DNA of 64,000 bases, taken from assembly GCA_024679065.1 (NCBI GenBank), contig JAGIQG010000009.1, forward strand, positions 100,254,001-100,318,000, in the 5' to 3' direction. Made by a program: the position numbers and the translations under genes. Below, piece after piece: positions 37,396-50,859 of the stretch; positions within the stretch are counted from its first letter, which is position 1, and every line of letters starts with the position of its first letter. The notes below the pieces were generated by a model. That model saw only the letters and a list, made by a program, of their open reading frames with translations, had not been told where the DNA came from and did not search any database. This DNA comes from Sphyrna mokarran. Lineage: Eukaryota.

Positions 37396-40300
37396 CTCGA
37401 CCGACAGGAAGGGAAACATATTGCAATGACCAAAGAGCTGATATCAACGCACTTTAGCGAAAGCAGAGCCATCTAAATATCCTGTCTCTGAAGTTGGGTT
37501 TACGTTATTTAAAAATAGTACTCTTGTGCATTACGTAGTTCTTGAACTCATAGTTCAGAAAGTACTGTTCAATGGTGAGTATTCTTATATCTTACTTACT
37601 GCTCATTTGAAGAAGTTTTTTGCACTCTAATGAAAAGAAAAATCTTATATAAGAAAATGTCACAGTAAGCAATTAAAAACGATCTGAAGGATCCAGCGGT
37701 TAAGTTATAATGCTTAGTTGTTAATAAATAAAAGACGTGATACGAGCAAAGTGTTTACTTAACCAAAATTATATATTCTAGGCATCATTGTTTTAAGTGA
37801 TTATATATTTCGAAATTTGAATAATTTGAAAAATGCTTCTGAAGAATGCGAAGTATCTGTGTTTTTGCTAAGGAACAGTGTGCAAGTGCATATTCTATCC
37901 AGATGATATCCTTAACCTGATGATCATAATGTGCAACTTGTGTTAAATTTCTTATGATTCCCGAAGATACTTCCATTTGGAGGTTTTTTGACGTGTGGAC
38001 AGAAATCAAATAAAAATTTAAGTAGGGGAAAATAGCAATTAATGGATATTTGAATCTCAACACGAATGTTGTGCATAATATAGTTTTCTTACAATATCGA
38101 CTGATAGTAGTTGGCAGGAAAGTGGAGTAATGTTCACAATTTTACCGAATTGCAGATCAGGTTTGAAGATCATATGTAATGAAAATACTGCAATTTGTTG
38201 AGATCTAAGTCTTAAAGGATTTTCTGCATGGAAGGAATGTTTTCTGTATTACGTCCTCAGGTATGGATTAGTAATATAAAAGGGCGAGATAAAATACATT
38301 TTTTCCGGAGTTGTATTCTTGATCCTAAGGCAAATCAGCAGTGTTTTAAATTCCACCAGCAGTCCATCAAGGCAAAAGGTCCTGAAATTTAGCATCGATC
38401 CGAACGTGATACCATTACATGTTCGTTGGCACAAATATCATGCAGAGTTTCTGCCACGCCAGCTCCGTGAGTATCCTCCCGCTCCTTCTAATCTTTGTGA
38501 CTATATTGTAGACTACGTATGTTTGTCCTGTAGTTTCGTATTTGCACGGTGATTGTCGAGACTCCAGTTTATCTCCATCATAAAGCTCATCAGAAATATT
38601 TCCTGCTTTACCATCCGCACTGGTGTGGCTGAAGTGTTCATATGTTAGCAGTTAACCTGTGTTACCACATTATTACCATCAAATCAATGGGGTTTAGATC
38701 AGGAATTCCAGACCTAAAGGTTAGAAGAGTAAAGTTACAATACAACACTCCCACAGCAAATAAACGAATGGCTCTTTTGAGTTAGTTTGGAAAAGAAACA
38801 CGAATTTAAACCAGTACGTAAGATAAACATGAAGTAAAAAAAAAGAATGGCACGTGGGTTCCATTGGAACCTAATTCGGCGAGAGAATCAGCGGACAGAG
38901 TGGAAAACAAAGGGCCGACTAAAATTACCTCTATCTTGGGGAAAAAAATAATGTTTATTAATATGGCGTCATTTAGGAATAAGTACAAAGCCTATCTGGC
39001 AACGACCGAGCAATCCGTTCTTATTACATATTCGAGAAAGTTAACATGGTGTAATTCTAAATAAAAATTGAACTGACAACAAGAAATAAATCAAAATCTG
39101 TATGGTTTTAGTAACAGGAAATTGTGTGTGAATTGCTTCATCGAGATCCCTTTTGGTTGTTTAATATGGATTTCGCGTGTTATTCGGTTACTTTTCCAGT
39201 TAAATCAGCCATCCGAAATATGTCAATGCCTGAAGTTGATAACGAAAGTGTGGGACCGTGTTTCTTTTATGGATGTGTTTTCTTGTCTCGATTGACTCTC
39301 CTGGAATCTTTTAGAATGTAGCATGCTCACGGTTATCCTTCCAGAATTAACAGCAGAGAGCTGAAGGAGGGAGCCTAGAGTGTAAACCGGCGTTGTTGAA
39401 ACTGCACCATATCTGTTCTGAGGCCGATTGTGTATGGTTTATGTATCCTCCGATACATCACTGCTCTGATTAATCGCTGTCTCGGCGTGAAACTTCGTCC
39501 TTCAGTAAAGAGTATTCAAGGACGTGTGGAACATGTCTATAATGGAGTTTAAATAATGCAGATGAAATTATGACATTATTATAAAATTATCTGTTTATTT
39601 ATGGTATTTTATATTTTTTCTCTACGTCATCAATCCTTATGCCTGACATCAACACATGGACGTACATACCTGAGTATTCTTCTTCCTGTTTGCCTACGAT
39701 TGGAACGAAAGAAAATAATGAGAAAAAATAAAAACGAAACCAATCATGCGTAACATTTTTTCCCGGAACAATGACAGAAGTAAGTATATGAAAATGTAAG
39801 CAAAAAAATGTTCCCAATAGCAATTAGCAAACACGTCAGTTCCACCATTTAGAATGGTGGATATCACAAAGTCAACAACATCTCCTTGGCAACCTGTTTG
39901 GTGCTCTGCCACGCAAGTTAACATTCCCACAACAGTAATTCATACATCGTATTCTTCGAAAATACGTTTCTTGTACCCTTAATGAAACTGGAAAATCTGC
40001 CATTTATTTGTAACCGGTTCTTTCGATTCTTTCCCTGTCGGTATAAGAAAGAATCAGAAGTTTGCCGAGAACAATGTGACAACAGAGCGTTAATCTGTGT
40101 TGACGAGTTTACCAATTTTTTGTGACATCCTTATTCACGATGTTTTCAGAATGAACATTGTGCATAAGATTGGTTGCCAAGGAAAACAATACCATGTGGA
40201 AAGATTGCACAAATTGTCTTCATTCAAACGATCAAACACATTTCTTCTTAAAATATTGGCAGTAAGATTAATGCAGCTCTGCGTATTGACGTTCATTAAA

Positions 40301-40641
40301 GAAGCAACATACTTTTTGTTCAGGCAGCAAACATGCGAATTAAATTGACTGTTCGCTCATGTAATTTGCTAATGCAGGTAAGTGAAGATCTCCCTAAGGT
40401 TAAGCCGTATACCGCAGGTAAATATTAAAGGCGAACTAAGCAAATTAATCGTGGAAAATCAATAAATATCAAGATAAATTTCAGAAGAGAAGTATATATA
40501 TTTCAGATAACAAATCTCACCAGCGTCCAACAATTTTGCCTTCAGGGTCATTATCTCTTGGAAACAAAGTCAGTATGCGTATCACATGTTAGAAACTGTG
40601 AAGGAGGTTTGCGTGTCCTCACACGAAAACAACAACAAAAA

Positions 40642-40822
40642 AGAAAATGTCAGCAGGTCTGGCAGCATTTGTGGAGAGTGAGGCTGTGTCAATATTTCAT
40701 GATCGAATGGTTCGTATTTTAAATGACGTATCGGACGTAGTTAAATAAGAAAACAAGGTATTAAATCTATTTTTGTCTCAGCAGATACTACGAAACCTGC
40801 TGTCGTTTCACAATACTTTCTG
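40642..40822. mobile_element. Penelope-like fold-back remnant (two inverted pLTR ends)
   Basis: cagcaggtctggcagcatttgtggaga (40651-77) versus tctcagcagatactacgaaacctgctg (40776-802), 20/27 complementary. Same motif as near 1320. Confidence 0.7.
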
Positions 40823-41499
40823 CTTTAAACAAAAAAGTGTTTTGCCACTGTTCAATGATTTTAAGATACATTAATTTTGTAATGATCGTTTTAAACCTTT
40901 CATGCAATATTCATGAAAATAATCATTTTATTAATTTATAGGGAAAAAAAAAAACATATTCGAAATAAAACGTCCAGCTAGCGGTTTTCAACATAACATT
41001 ATTCTGAAAGAAAATAAAATAGAATTCATCAACTTTGCTGCTTAGATTACTTGTCACTTATTCTAGGAAGAACATATTGAACACCAGCAAAATACGTATA
41101 TCATTGCTTCTTCAAACCTATTTGGATTTTGTGGCATAATCAATGCAACAGTTCAATTATGACTGCAAAACTTGAAATGTGGCATATATTTCACCTTTAC
41201 GCAAATTAGTAACAATTCATGCACTAAATTTACTTTTTGATGTTTTGAGCAAGTGCAAAAGAACGTGTTTATGTTCCAATTTCTGCATATGCATAATAAT
41301 GCACTGCACTATGCTTGCAGCTAAATTTATTTAAGTTCAATTTCCGTTTATATCAATTAATTAAAAAAAAATAACTTTTGCACTTTTATTGGACAAAATT
41401 ACATTATTGGATATGTTACAATTTATCAGATCATGACCAAAAATGTTGATGGACAATGAGAGACATAGATAGCCGTAAGTCTGCGTGTTCGCAAAATAC

Positions 41500-42385
41500 A
41501 GTGATGACAATCTTTCATTTGCAAGAGGGAATGCTGGCATGGTAAAGAGTGCATGACGACTGGACAGAAATATTTAGGTTAATTGAACGCAAACATAACT
41601 GTCAAAATATGTTACAAGCCAGGAAATACGAAATTGCCTATTTTCAGGAATAATCGGCATAAGCACAGCATCAAATAAGTGAGAAAGTTCAGATCATGAA
41701 AAGCAGAGTGATCTGCTTAACCCAGCACATTAAACACAAGTTTGCTACATTGCCAGTAGGGCACGTATTTAGGAAATATTAAGCAATATTATTGGCTTTT
41801 CTGAGTAGCACTGAAAACAGAATTAGAGCGATTGAGCTTCCATTATTCAGGTGGTCAGTGGGAGCCTTTTCGGATAATTACATATTGTGCATGGGTCACC
41901 TTATTTAATGGAGGATATAAACACCGTTGAAGCAATTCAAAGATGTCTTATCATCTTATTAGGAAAGGAGGGATACAGTCTCCTTCCATCTGTTGGTGAC
42001 TATCATAAAATAAGTGAACAGACTGGGTATAAAATTTCTGAGTCGTCCAGATAAGGTGCTGGTACAATAGGTTATTTCCATTCATGGAATAATTTCGAAT
42101 TAAGATCAGTAGCTCGTCATTTCAAAAGCAGATGAATAGTACATTTCTTTCTTGCAAGTTGTCATGACATTTGTATTAACTGAAAGTGATGCAAATAGAG
42201 CTTTGAAAAATTACTTCTGGTAGAGTTGACAGAGTTATGGTAATCAAGGTTTTTTGTTACCCGATTTGAATACGTGACCGAATACAGGGCTTGAATACTG
42301 ACTTCAGGATGGGATCAAAATAGCCACGTCCGGATGAAACTGGAAGGTCTGCCGATCCTTCTACTACCGATCTTTCTGATTCTTT
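41500..42385 (+). mobile_element. Ancient CR1 3' fragment
   Basis: caatattattggcttttctgagtag, gggtcaccttatttaatggaggatataaacaccgttgaagcaattcaaag (W.PYL..DI..LEAIQ) and a 3' UTR remnant. Confidence 0.6.
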
Positions 42386-43273
42386 ATTGCAAGTTGTGAG
42401 CTTAGCTGATTGCAATAGACCCGTGTGGAGATTACATACCAGCATCTTTTTGCAATAGTTGTCTCACTGAAAATCAAAGGGACAGACAGTTTATTTATTT
42501 CCGTACGTTATCATGAATTTTATTTTACAAATTGCAATTGACACTGTAACCAAGTAAAATAGATTAGTTGTACACAGATGAGCTCACTAATTGCGCTCAA
42601 AGGCTGGACGGCGACTCAAGTGTTAGCATTCAAGCCTCTTGCACTGGGGTCTCCAAGTTCAATTCAGGCAGTATGTGGAAATTATATATGCTGCCCGTGT
42701 CTGCCTGGCTTTCCAACGTACATGGATAAGAAACTCAATGCTAATACGATGGACAGAAGCGGGTATTCCGACTCCATTCATTTGCGGAAGGTCAGCTGGG
42801 CAATACTAATTTCCTTTGAACTGAGACGCTTGATGACAATTTCAGATTTCTTAGTTCAGTTTGTACTCTTTGCAGGCAACATGATGTGTGCTTCTTTGGA
42901 GCAATCTCCTTTATGTTCCAATTCCACAGCAATTAATATTGTGGTGGCATTATAAAAATAAAATTGAAACAGGGTATCGTTTCTCTCATGTGAATCCCAA
43001 TAAAATTTTCAAAAGCTAAGACTAATCGTTTAGGGCACTCAAATGTCGAATATTAAAACGCTGGGGAAAAGGGACAAGAGAGTTAAATGTTAGGTGCCAG
43101 TAAGGGAAGATCACATAAGAAAACAATTCTTTGTGAGTTTACAAATAGGGTTTATGATTATTTAGATAAACGTGATAATTTAGACATTGATTTGCATATG
43201 TGAAAGGCAGAAATGTTTGCTGTACTTCAAGGGCAATTAAAAAAAAACATAAATCTGGCCAGTGGTCTACAGG

Positions 43274-43320
43274 TAGACAGATAGATAGATAGATAAATAG
43301 ATAGATAGACAGACGGACAG
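43274..43320. repeat. (GATA/GACA)n microsatellite
   Basis: tagacagatagatagatagataaatagatagatagacagacggacag. Confidence 0.95.
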
Positions 43321-44514
43321 AAGTGCTGACCTGTTCGTACAGGCAGAAGAGATTGCGTGTCGCTAGTGCCCATTTGTGTCTTCAATAAACAAAGCGAATA
43401 ATAAAAAAAATGTTCCTATGCATAGCGTATTGTGCACATTGTGGAAGAGAACACAATCACAAAAGTTTTGCTAATAACATTTTTCCCTGTAACATGATGT
43501 AAATCATTTAATTCCTGAAAATTGGTTCATCTGGCAAAACTGAGAAATACAATTAAGATGACTTCCAAAGATTATTGACTGAAAAGCATGATGCTTCATA
43601 ACCAATTATCATCGCGAGATTGTTCAGGTTACATTTAATGATTCTTGTGGAAAGCAAACGCATTGCTCAGTCTGCGGCAATCTGCAAAACGTTGATGCAA
43701 CACTGCATTTGCTGAAAACGATACACTTCCATAATGTCTAGTCTGTGTACACAGAAAACGAAGATTGTTTGCTGAAGATGCCTTGTCCAGAATGGTGGCG
43801 CTGGGAACGTAATATCAATAGAACTGACTGCCAAAGCATCATCACAATTTTGTGCAGGAATGAAAATCCACTATTTGGAAATACCCACAAAAAGTCAAAA
43901 CAACAACACATATCTCAGGAATATATAAAATGCTCATTCAGAGAGTGGATGTTGAGGCAAGGATTGCGGTAAATGGTGTCAGAGTGCAAGCCTTGAACTA
44001 TGATTGCTTCCCTGAGGATAACATTTAAAATAACCAAATGAAAAAGAAATTGATTACTATAAATTAAATTTATATAAAAGAAACATTACGGGAATATAAA
44101 ATAAAATGTGGAAAAATACAAACAACTCCGTCTGAAAGTATGGTGTTTACAGGATGACTCACACAGATACTGGGTAATTCCGAAATTACAGGGATGACAT
44201 ATTAGGAAGTAAGTTGATGCTGGTGTTATTGTACATTTAGTTTCTCAGTCTACATACCAAAAAAAGCACAGAATAATCTTTGTTTAAAATATGCTAATAA
44301 CATTTTAAGTGTATACGCAAGAGCGTTTTTACGACTTAAATTTTACATCATCACTAACATGCAGTCGCGGGAGCAAAAATATGCAATAGCCCTTCAGGTG
44401 GTGTATTGTAATTTTTCTTAACTTTTTAGGATTCAATAGGTAGAAAATATAAACATTAACTGGAGTGTTGTCAACAGATTGTTCGATATCAAAACTGATG
44501 GAAAAAAACTTCCT

Positions 44515-45516
44515 GGATAAATAACATATTGCATTCGAAGAGACAATCGGCTTAGTGAATTAAATGGATGAGAACATCAAGAGAAAGCCTAATAATCAAG
44601 GAAGATTTTATTTCCTAAAATCAAGAGTAATTTCATATGAATACGGCCTCAAGAATAAACATGACTTGTCTACACCGTTGTGTTAGATCTGTACACAGTC
44701 TGTGACGTGGCTTCACCCATTTTCAACTATCATGAACTAAGATGGTTCAGTTCTAATTTGTGATTATGTTAAAACAATAATAAGCACAGAAATATTTCTT
44801 GCATACATGCAAGAAATATGCACCAAGTGTAATTTGATGTTCTACTGTGGCGTTTCCTGCTCACTCAGAGGGTTAGGAAAATTTAAAGATCAACAGGAAA
44901 ATGCTATAAAGAAAAGTGTGATAGATTATGAGAGCAAATTAGCTCAAAATGCAGAAACAGTTCCTGGAAGTTTCTACAATTGTAAAAATCGCAGCAGAGA
45001 AGCTAAGGCAAACATTTGTCATTTAGAGGATGAGAATGGGTATCAATTGCTGAAATTATGAAATGGTCGAGACATTGAACAGGTCGCTATTGTGACAAAA
45101 TGAATAGTATTCTCCTCTCGTAGAATTAACACTCGAGGAACGCAAGAAGATGAGCCTTCTTTTCATAATTAATTTTAACTGTATGAAATAGTACCATCTG
45201 CTTACAGCAATTTTACTGGCGATTTTAAAATAGCCATCTGGGACTTTCTCTTTAAAATAAACAAGTAACACTATTTTATCTAACAAACTGTGAACAGATT
45301 AAGTAAACGATAAACAAACAGAATAAATCACTATTTTGTATTCGAAGAGATACTCGGCTTAGTGAATGAAATGGAAAAGAAAATCAAGAGAAAGCTTAAT
45401 AATCAAGCAAGATTTTTCTAAAATCAAAAGTAGTGTCATATGAATACAGCCTTAAGAATAAACATGGCTTGTTAATACTGGAGTGTTAGATATGTACACA
45501 GTCTGTGACGTGGCTT
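44515..45516. repeat. About 200 bp direct duplication (44515-44713 and 45321-45516), offset about 805 bp
   Basis: Shared ttcgaagaga...tcggcttagtgaat...atcaagagaaagc...tcatatgaatac...gtacacagtctgtgacgtggctt, roughly 85% identical by eye. Confidence 0.92.
44870..45100 (+). mobile_element. Ancient CR1 ORF2 linker fragment
   Basis: ORF 44807..45061 contains IKKSVIDYESKLAQNAET..SFYN..NRSREAKANICHLEDENG. Confidence 0.75.
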
Positions 45517-46401
45517 AAATAATAACAATTCTCACTTATTACAAATAAGAAAATACAATTTTAGTCACATTAAAAACGCAGTCAGTTTTGCCGACTTCCT
45601 GGAATCGTTTTGCTTCATGATTATGTTCTTGTGTCTTTTGAGAGGAAGTAAGGCTTTCTCTTGAAACATATATTGCGGCTGTCACACTGGTTTTAAGTTA
45701 TCGGATTACATTTCTCCAGCTGTGACCTATGGCCTTAATTGGTGGAAGATGCAATGGCTGTTTTGTAACAGTTTGAAGCTATGAGCTGTAGCTTTTAAAG
45801 TCTCAGTGACATACCAACATTCGTACAATAAGATTGGGCCACAAGTTTTCAAAACATCAAAATCGAAATCCAATAGGCAGTTGATTTTCAAATTCCTATT
45901 TCAAATTGTTTGTTTAAAATTAAAAGGTATATATTCTGGTTCAAATATCTGAAATCTGTTGCCAATGTAACCGTAATGTTGCCTGATGTCTTGTTTCAGT
46001 CTGAATTGGATTTTAGCACCTGCACTTTTTTTGTAAAACAAAACTCCTTTTCAGTGAGTGCCTTTTTTTTAACAACGGTTTCACTATTTTACAAACACTA
46101 ACTTTGAAATATCTCCCCCTTCCGGAAAAGAACATGAACCATCACCATAAAAATTATTGCTTTATGCATATTCTTCCTTTAAAATCGAGATATTGCATCC
46201 AGAATAATATTGATCCAGTGTCAGCTGGATTGTAGGGGAGGGGAGGGGGATTGGATAACTATGTGAAGTTACAGAAGTAGGGCCTGGGGTGGTCAGTGCA
46301 GACTTGTTGGACTGAATGGCCTCCTTCTACACTGTAAGACTTCTTCGATTATTTACATGATTAGAGGTAAACAAGTCTCCTGGCTCTGATGGAATGTATG
46401 A

Positions 46402-46755
46402 TGTAGAGATGTAGGGTGTTGGACTGGGGTAAACACAGTAAAAAGTCTGACAACATCAGTTTTAAATCCAACCGATTTATTTGATAGTAAACTCGCAAGC
46501 TTTCGACTCTATGGCCTTCATCAGGCGAATGAGCTGTTCTGGTCTCCAACAGCACACACACCAGCACAGATTACTGATTAGAATACAAATCTTTAGACCT
46601 AACTATTCAAGTCTTAAAGTGGCTAACAATGTGAGTGGAAGGAGCACTGAGGTTAAAGAGATGTATAATTTCTCCAGACAACACAGTAAGGGAGTTTTTT
46701 TTTGCTAACCCAGACAAGTCGAGGGGGTTACAGATGGTATGACATGACACCAAAC
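46402..46755 (-). mobile_element. Penelope-like terminal repeat plus 3' UTR, nested in CR1
   Basis: Same family and same left boundary (tgtagagatg) as 22183, extending about 230 bp further. Confidence 0.85.
46491..46530 (-). ncRNA. Minimal type I hammerhead ribozyme, intact core
   Basis: Minus strand: AUUCGC-CUGAUGA-A-GGC(CAUAGA)GUC-GAAA-GCUU-GCGAGU. Stem I has 6 bp, stem II has 3 bp, and palindromic AAGCUU replaces stem III. Confidence 0.8.
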
Positions 46756-49350
46756 AAAATGGTGGGGGAATTGTAAACACATTCATTGTAATTTACAAAA
46801 CGTGCTACACTCTGGACCACTCTTGCAGATTAGAAAACAGCAAATGTAACACCACTGTTAACAAATAGAGGTAGATATGAAGCAGGTAAATATTGATTGG
46901 TTAATTTATCACCTGTATTGTGATAACTGCTTCAGTCTATGATCAAGGACAAAATAGTGGGACTTATGTGTGTGAGTTATCCCATTACGATGATGCAAAA
47001 TGAGTTCATGACAGCCATGCCAATTTAAACTTGATACTCCAATTATTTCAGGACATTCCCAGCAGAATGGACTATGGGATGCTGGATGTGGTGTATCTGG
47101 ATTCCCAGAAGATAGTCAACAAAGTGCTGCACAAAAGGATGTTGCATATGATAAAGTTGTATTGCACAATGACTAATGTACGGGCATGGGTAGAGGATTG
47201 GATAACTAACAGAAAGCAAAAATAAGGTAAATTGAACTTTTCCTGATTGGCAATCATGACGAGTCTTGTGTCTCAATTGTTAACATTGTAGCCGCATTTC
47301 CTTACAATTGACATAAATATTTGCAGTTTCAGATAAAGTGCAGCGTGTCAAAGTTTGCAGATGACATTAAGATAGTTACAAAACTACATGTGCAGAGAAT
47401 ACTCAATGTCTGCAAACACTAAATGAGTGCACATGGGTATGCCAGATTTGTACAACTTTGGTAAATATGAGATCATCCATTTTTGTAGGGGCATTAGAAA
47501 AATGGCGTATTATTTAAATGCAAAAAGTTGCAGCCTGCTGCTGTGCAGAGGGTCCTGACTGTTTGTATGCATGACGTTTGCAAAAGGTTAGTTTGCAGGT
47601 GCAGCAGGTAATTTGGAAGGCAAGTGGAATTGTGTCCTTCATGGCTAGAAGGAAGGAGTTTAAAGTTAGGATGTCATATTGCAGCTATACAAGGTGCTGG
47701 TAAAACCACACGTGGAGTAGTATATACAGTTTTGGTTTCCTTACTTAAGACACAGCATACCGACACTGGATGGGGGATGGTGGATGGGGGGGCAGAGTGG
47801 GAGACTTGGTGAGGGGGTGCAGATGAGATTCATTAGATTGATACCGGATATGAGTGGGTTGCATAAGAAGAGACATTGTTTCGACTGGGACTATATTCAG
47901 TGCCATTTAGAAGAATGAATGGGGATTCTATTGACATATAATGACGAATGGTATAGATAGGTAGAAACAGAGTGATCATTGTCACTGTCAGTTAAACTGA
48001 AATCGGGGCATTGCCTCAACATGAGGGGAACAAAATTTGCGCCTAAGTCGAAGAGGAACTCCTTCAGCAAAAATGTTACGATCTATAGAATTCCCTGCCC
48101 AGTGAAGATGTTGAAGCCATTCATTGATTTGTTTTACTTTCAGGCAAATATATATGTTTAAACAATATCGGAATTAAGGGACGCGATGACTGGACGGGTA
48201 AGCGGAGTTGAGTCCATGGAATATCAGCCATGATCTTATTGAATGGCGGGACAGGCTCAAGGTGCCAAATGGATACCTCTTGCTACTATTTTGATGTTAT
48301 TATGTTCTGAATGAGCATTGCACGTCATTACTTACTGGTCGATTGAAGCAGTTTTCTGCATTCTAATGGAAAATAATAATAAACACTGCAGTAAATAACT
48401 AAAACCTCATAACGGATCAAACAATTAAATTACAACGCACGAACGTCATTAAATGAAACATGACATGGGAGGGAACTGTTTAATGCATTGTCATGAATAT
48501 TTCAATATTTACCTAATTTGTAAACTGATTTTTGTGGGGGGGCGGGGGGAGAGGGGCGTTGCAAGATGTCGATGTGCCTTTCGTATGGAAACACGTTATA
48601 CCTCGTAACCAACTGATAGTCTCCTGTGATCAGAAGATCCTCAACGTGCAACTTACGTCAAATTGCGGAATTAGTTGCCTGATTTTGTCCATATATATTC
48701 GAAATTTGAGGGTGTTGACAAATGTATGGAAGAGGGAGCAAATCACATTTGCCCGAATGCAAGCACAGCAGTTCTACCGGCGATAAAAAACGCAATGCTC
48801 ATAACAGTCTGATAAAAGTTTTCCGTCAGGCTAACTAATTCAAATATCTCTCCCTCACCTGAGATGGATCTTTAATGTTGTGGAAGGATCGATGTTTAAG
48901 TGCATATTGTAGGCTGGAGGTAAAGATGTGATGGCTATCAGTTTATTTCCATCATTTGGGTCACTAGGAACTTCTTCCCTGATTACTGTTTGCAATTGCT
49001 GTAAAATGCCCTACATGTTGATGCATGATCTTGCCATCAAATTCACAGGAGTAAAAGAAACTTGAGCTCGGGGCTTATAGGCAATAATGGCACGTGCGTG
49101 GTGCATTTTCAGAGAGGACTGATAATTTAACTTTGTTGAAACGAGATTTTATCTTTCAAGGTTATAATCAGACACTGCGTTTCAAGTAACATAATTGAAT
49201 GATTAGTGGTTTGGCAAGAGGACATCATTTGGATAGAGCGTGCACACATTACGATGACGGGAAAACAAGTAACAACAAACTACTAAATTAAAGGTGAAGA
49301 AACACACACAAAAAAATACAGCATCATTTCGCATTTGTAACGCTTGTCAG

Positions 49351-50660
49351 GCAATTTATAGTTATTTAGAGAGAAATGAATTGATTGGGGATAGTCAGCA
49401 TGGTTTCGTGAAGGGTAGGTCATGCCTTACTAACCTCATTGAGTTTTTTGAGAAAGTGCCCAGAGAGGTGGATGGGGGTAAGGCGGTTGATGTAGTATAT
49501 ATGGACTTTAGTAAGGCTTTTGATAAGGTGGCCCATGGAAGACTTCTACAGAAAATGCAGATGTGTGGAATAGAGGGTGATTAGCTAATTGGATTAGAAA
49601 TTGGCTGGCAGATAGAAGACAGAGGGTGGTGGTTGATGGGAGATATTCATCGTGGAGTTCGGTGACAAGTGGTGTGCCTCAGGGGTCTGTTTTGGGGCCC
49701 CTGCTGTTTGTAACTTTTATAAATGATCTGGATGAGGGTATTGAAGGATGGATTAGTAAATTTGCAGATGACACTAAAGTCGGTGGAGTGGTAGATAGTG
49801 AAGAGGGGTGTTATAGTTTGCAGAGGGACTTAGACAAGTTGCAGAGCTGGGACGAGAGGTGGCAAATGGAGTTTAATGTGGAAAAGTGTGAGGTAATGCA
49901 CTTTGGCAGGAACAATAAGTGTGTAGAGTATAGGCTAATGGTAGGGCTCTTAATAGTGTTGAGGAACAGAAGGATCTTGGTGTATGTGTCAATAGATCCC
50001 TGAAAGTAGGCAGTCAAGTGGATAAAGTTTTTAAGAAGGCTTATGGAGTCTTAGCTTTTATTGGTAGGGGGATTGAATTTAGGAGCCGCAGCATCATGTT
50101 GCAACTGTACAAAACTCTAGTGCGGACGCACTTGGAGTATTGTGTGCAGTTCTGGTCGCCACATTATAAGAAAGATGTGGAGGCATTGGAGAGGGTACAG
50201 AGTAGGTTTACTAGGATGTTGCCTGGTATGGAGGGCAGGTCCTATGAAGAGAGGTTGAAGGATTTGAGGTTGTTTTCGTTAGAAAGGAGGCGGCTAAGGG
50301 GGGGATCTTATTGAAGCATATAAGATGATTAGAGGTTTGGATAGGGTGGACAGTGATAGCCTTTTTCCTAGGATGGACAAAGCTAGCACGAGGGGACACA
50401 ACTTTAAATTAAGGGGTATGAGTTATAGGACGGATATCAGAGGTAGGTTCTTTACTCAAAGAGTGATTAGGGAGTGGAATGCCCTGCCTGCAGCTGTTGT
50501 AGATGCGCCAAGTTTGGTGGCGTTTAAGAGGTTAGTTGATAAGTATATGGATGAGAAGGGAATGGTTTAGTTAGGAGGGGCATTGCTTTTTATTTTGGTC
50601 GGCACAACATCGAAGGCCGAAGGGCCTGTTCTGTGCTGTATTGTTCTATGTTCTATGTTC
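49351..50660 (+). mobile_element. Young CR1 LINE, 5'-truncated (RT to tail)
   Basis: ORF pieces contain [61 protein letters not shown] and FFTQRVIREWNALP. (TTCTATG)n tail. At least 3 frameshifts. Confidence 0.97.
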
Positions 50661-50859
50661 AATCAACACTGAATCGTACGAAGACAAGACAATCTCCGGT
50701 GGTCAACGCTGTGGATAACACAACTCTGTATAATTTTGAATCAATTCAACTGTTAACCAGTAATACGTTAAAGTGAGTTGAAATTAGATGAAGAGACGTC
50801 ATAAGTGAATAACCTCCTTGAAATTTTCTTATTTGCACAGAAGAAGCACGGTTCACCAT

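Larger units (their letters stand above)
46362..48308 (+). mobile_element. Old CR1 LINE (RT to 3' UTR), interrupted by a PLE
   Basis: NKSPGSDGMY before 46402, resuming near 46760 with KTANVTPL, DVVYLDSQK, KFADD (47351), LYKVLVKPHVE, and a tail at 48300. Confidence 0.9.

Noticed and set aside
42602-42700. Ancient tRNA-derived SINE head
   Set aside because: Only weak A/B-box resemblance and no recognisable body or tail.
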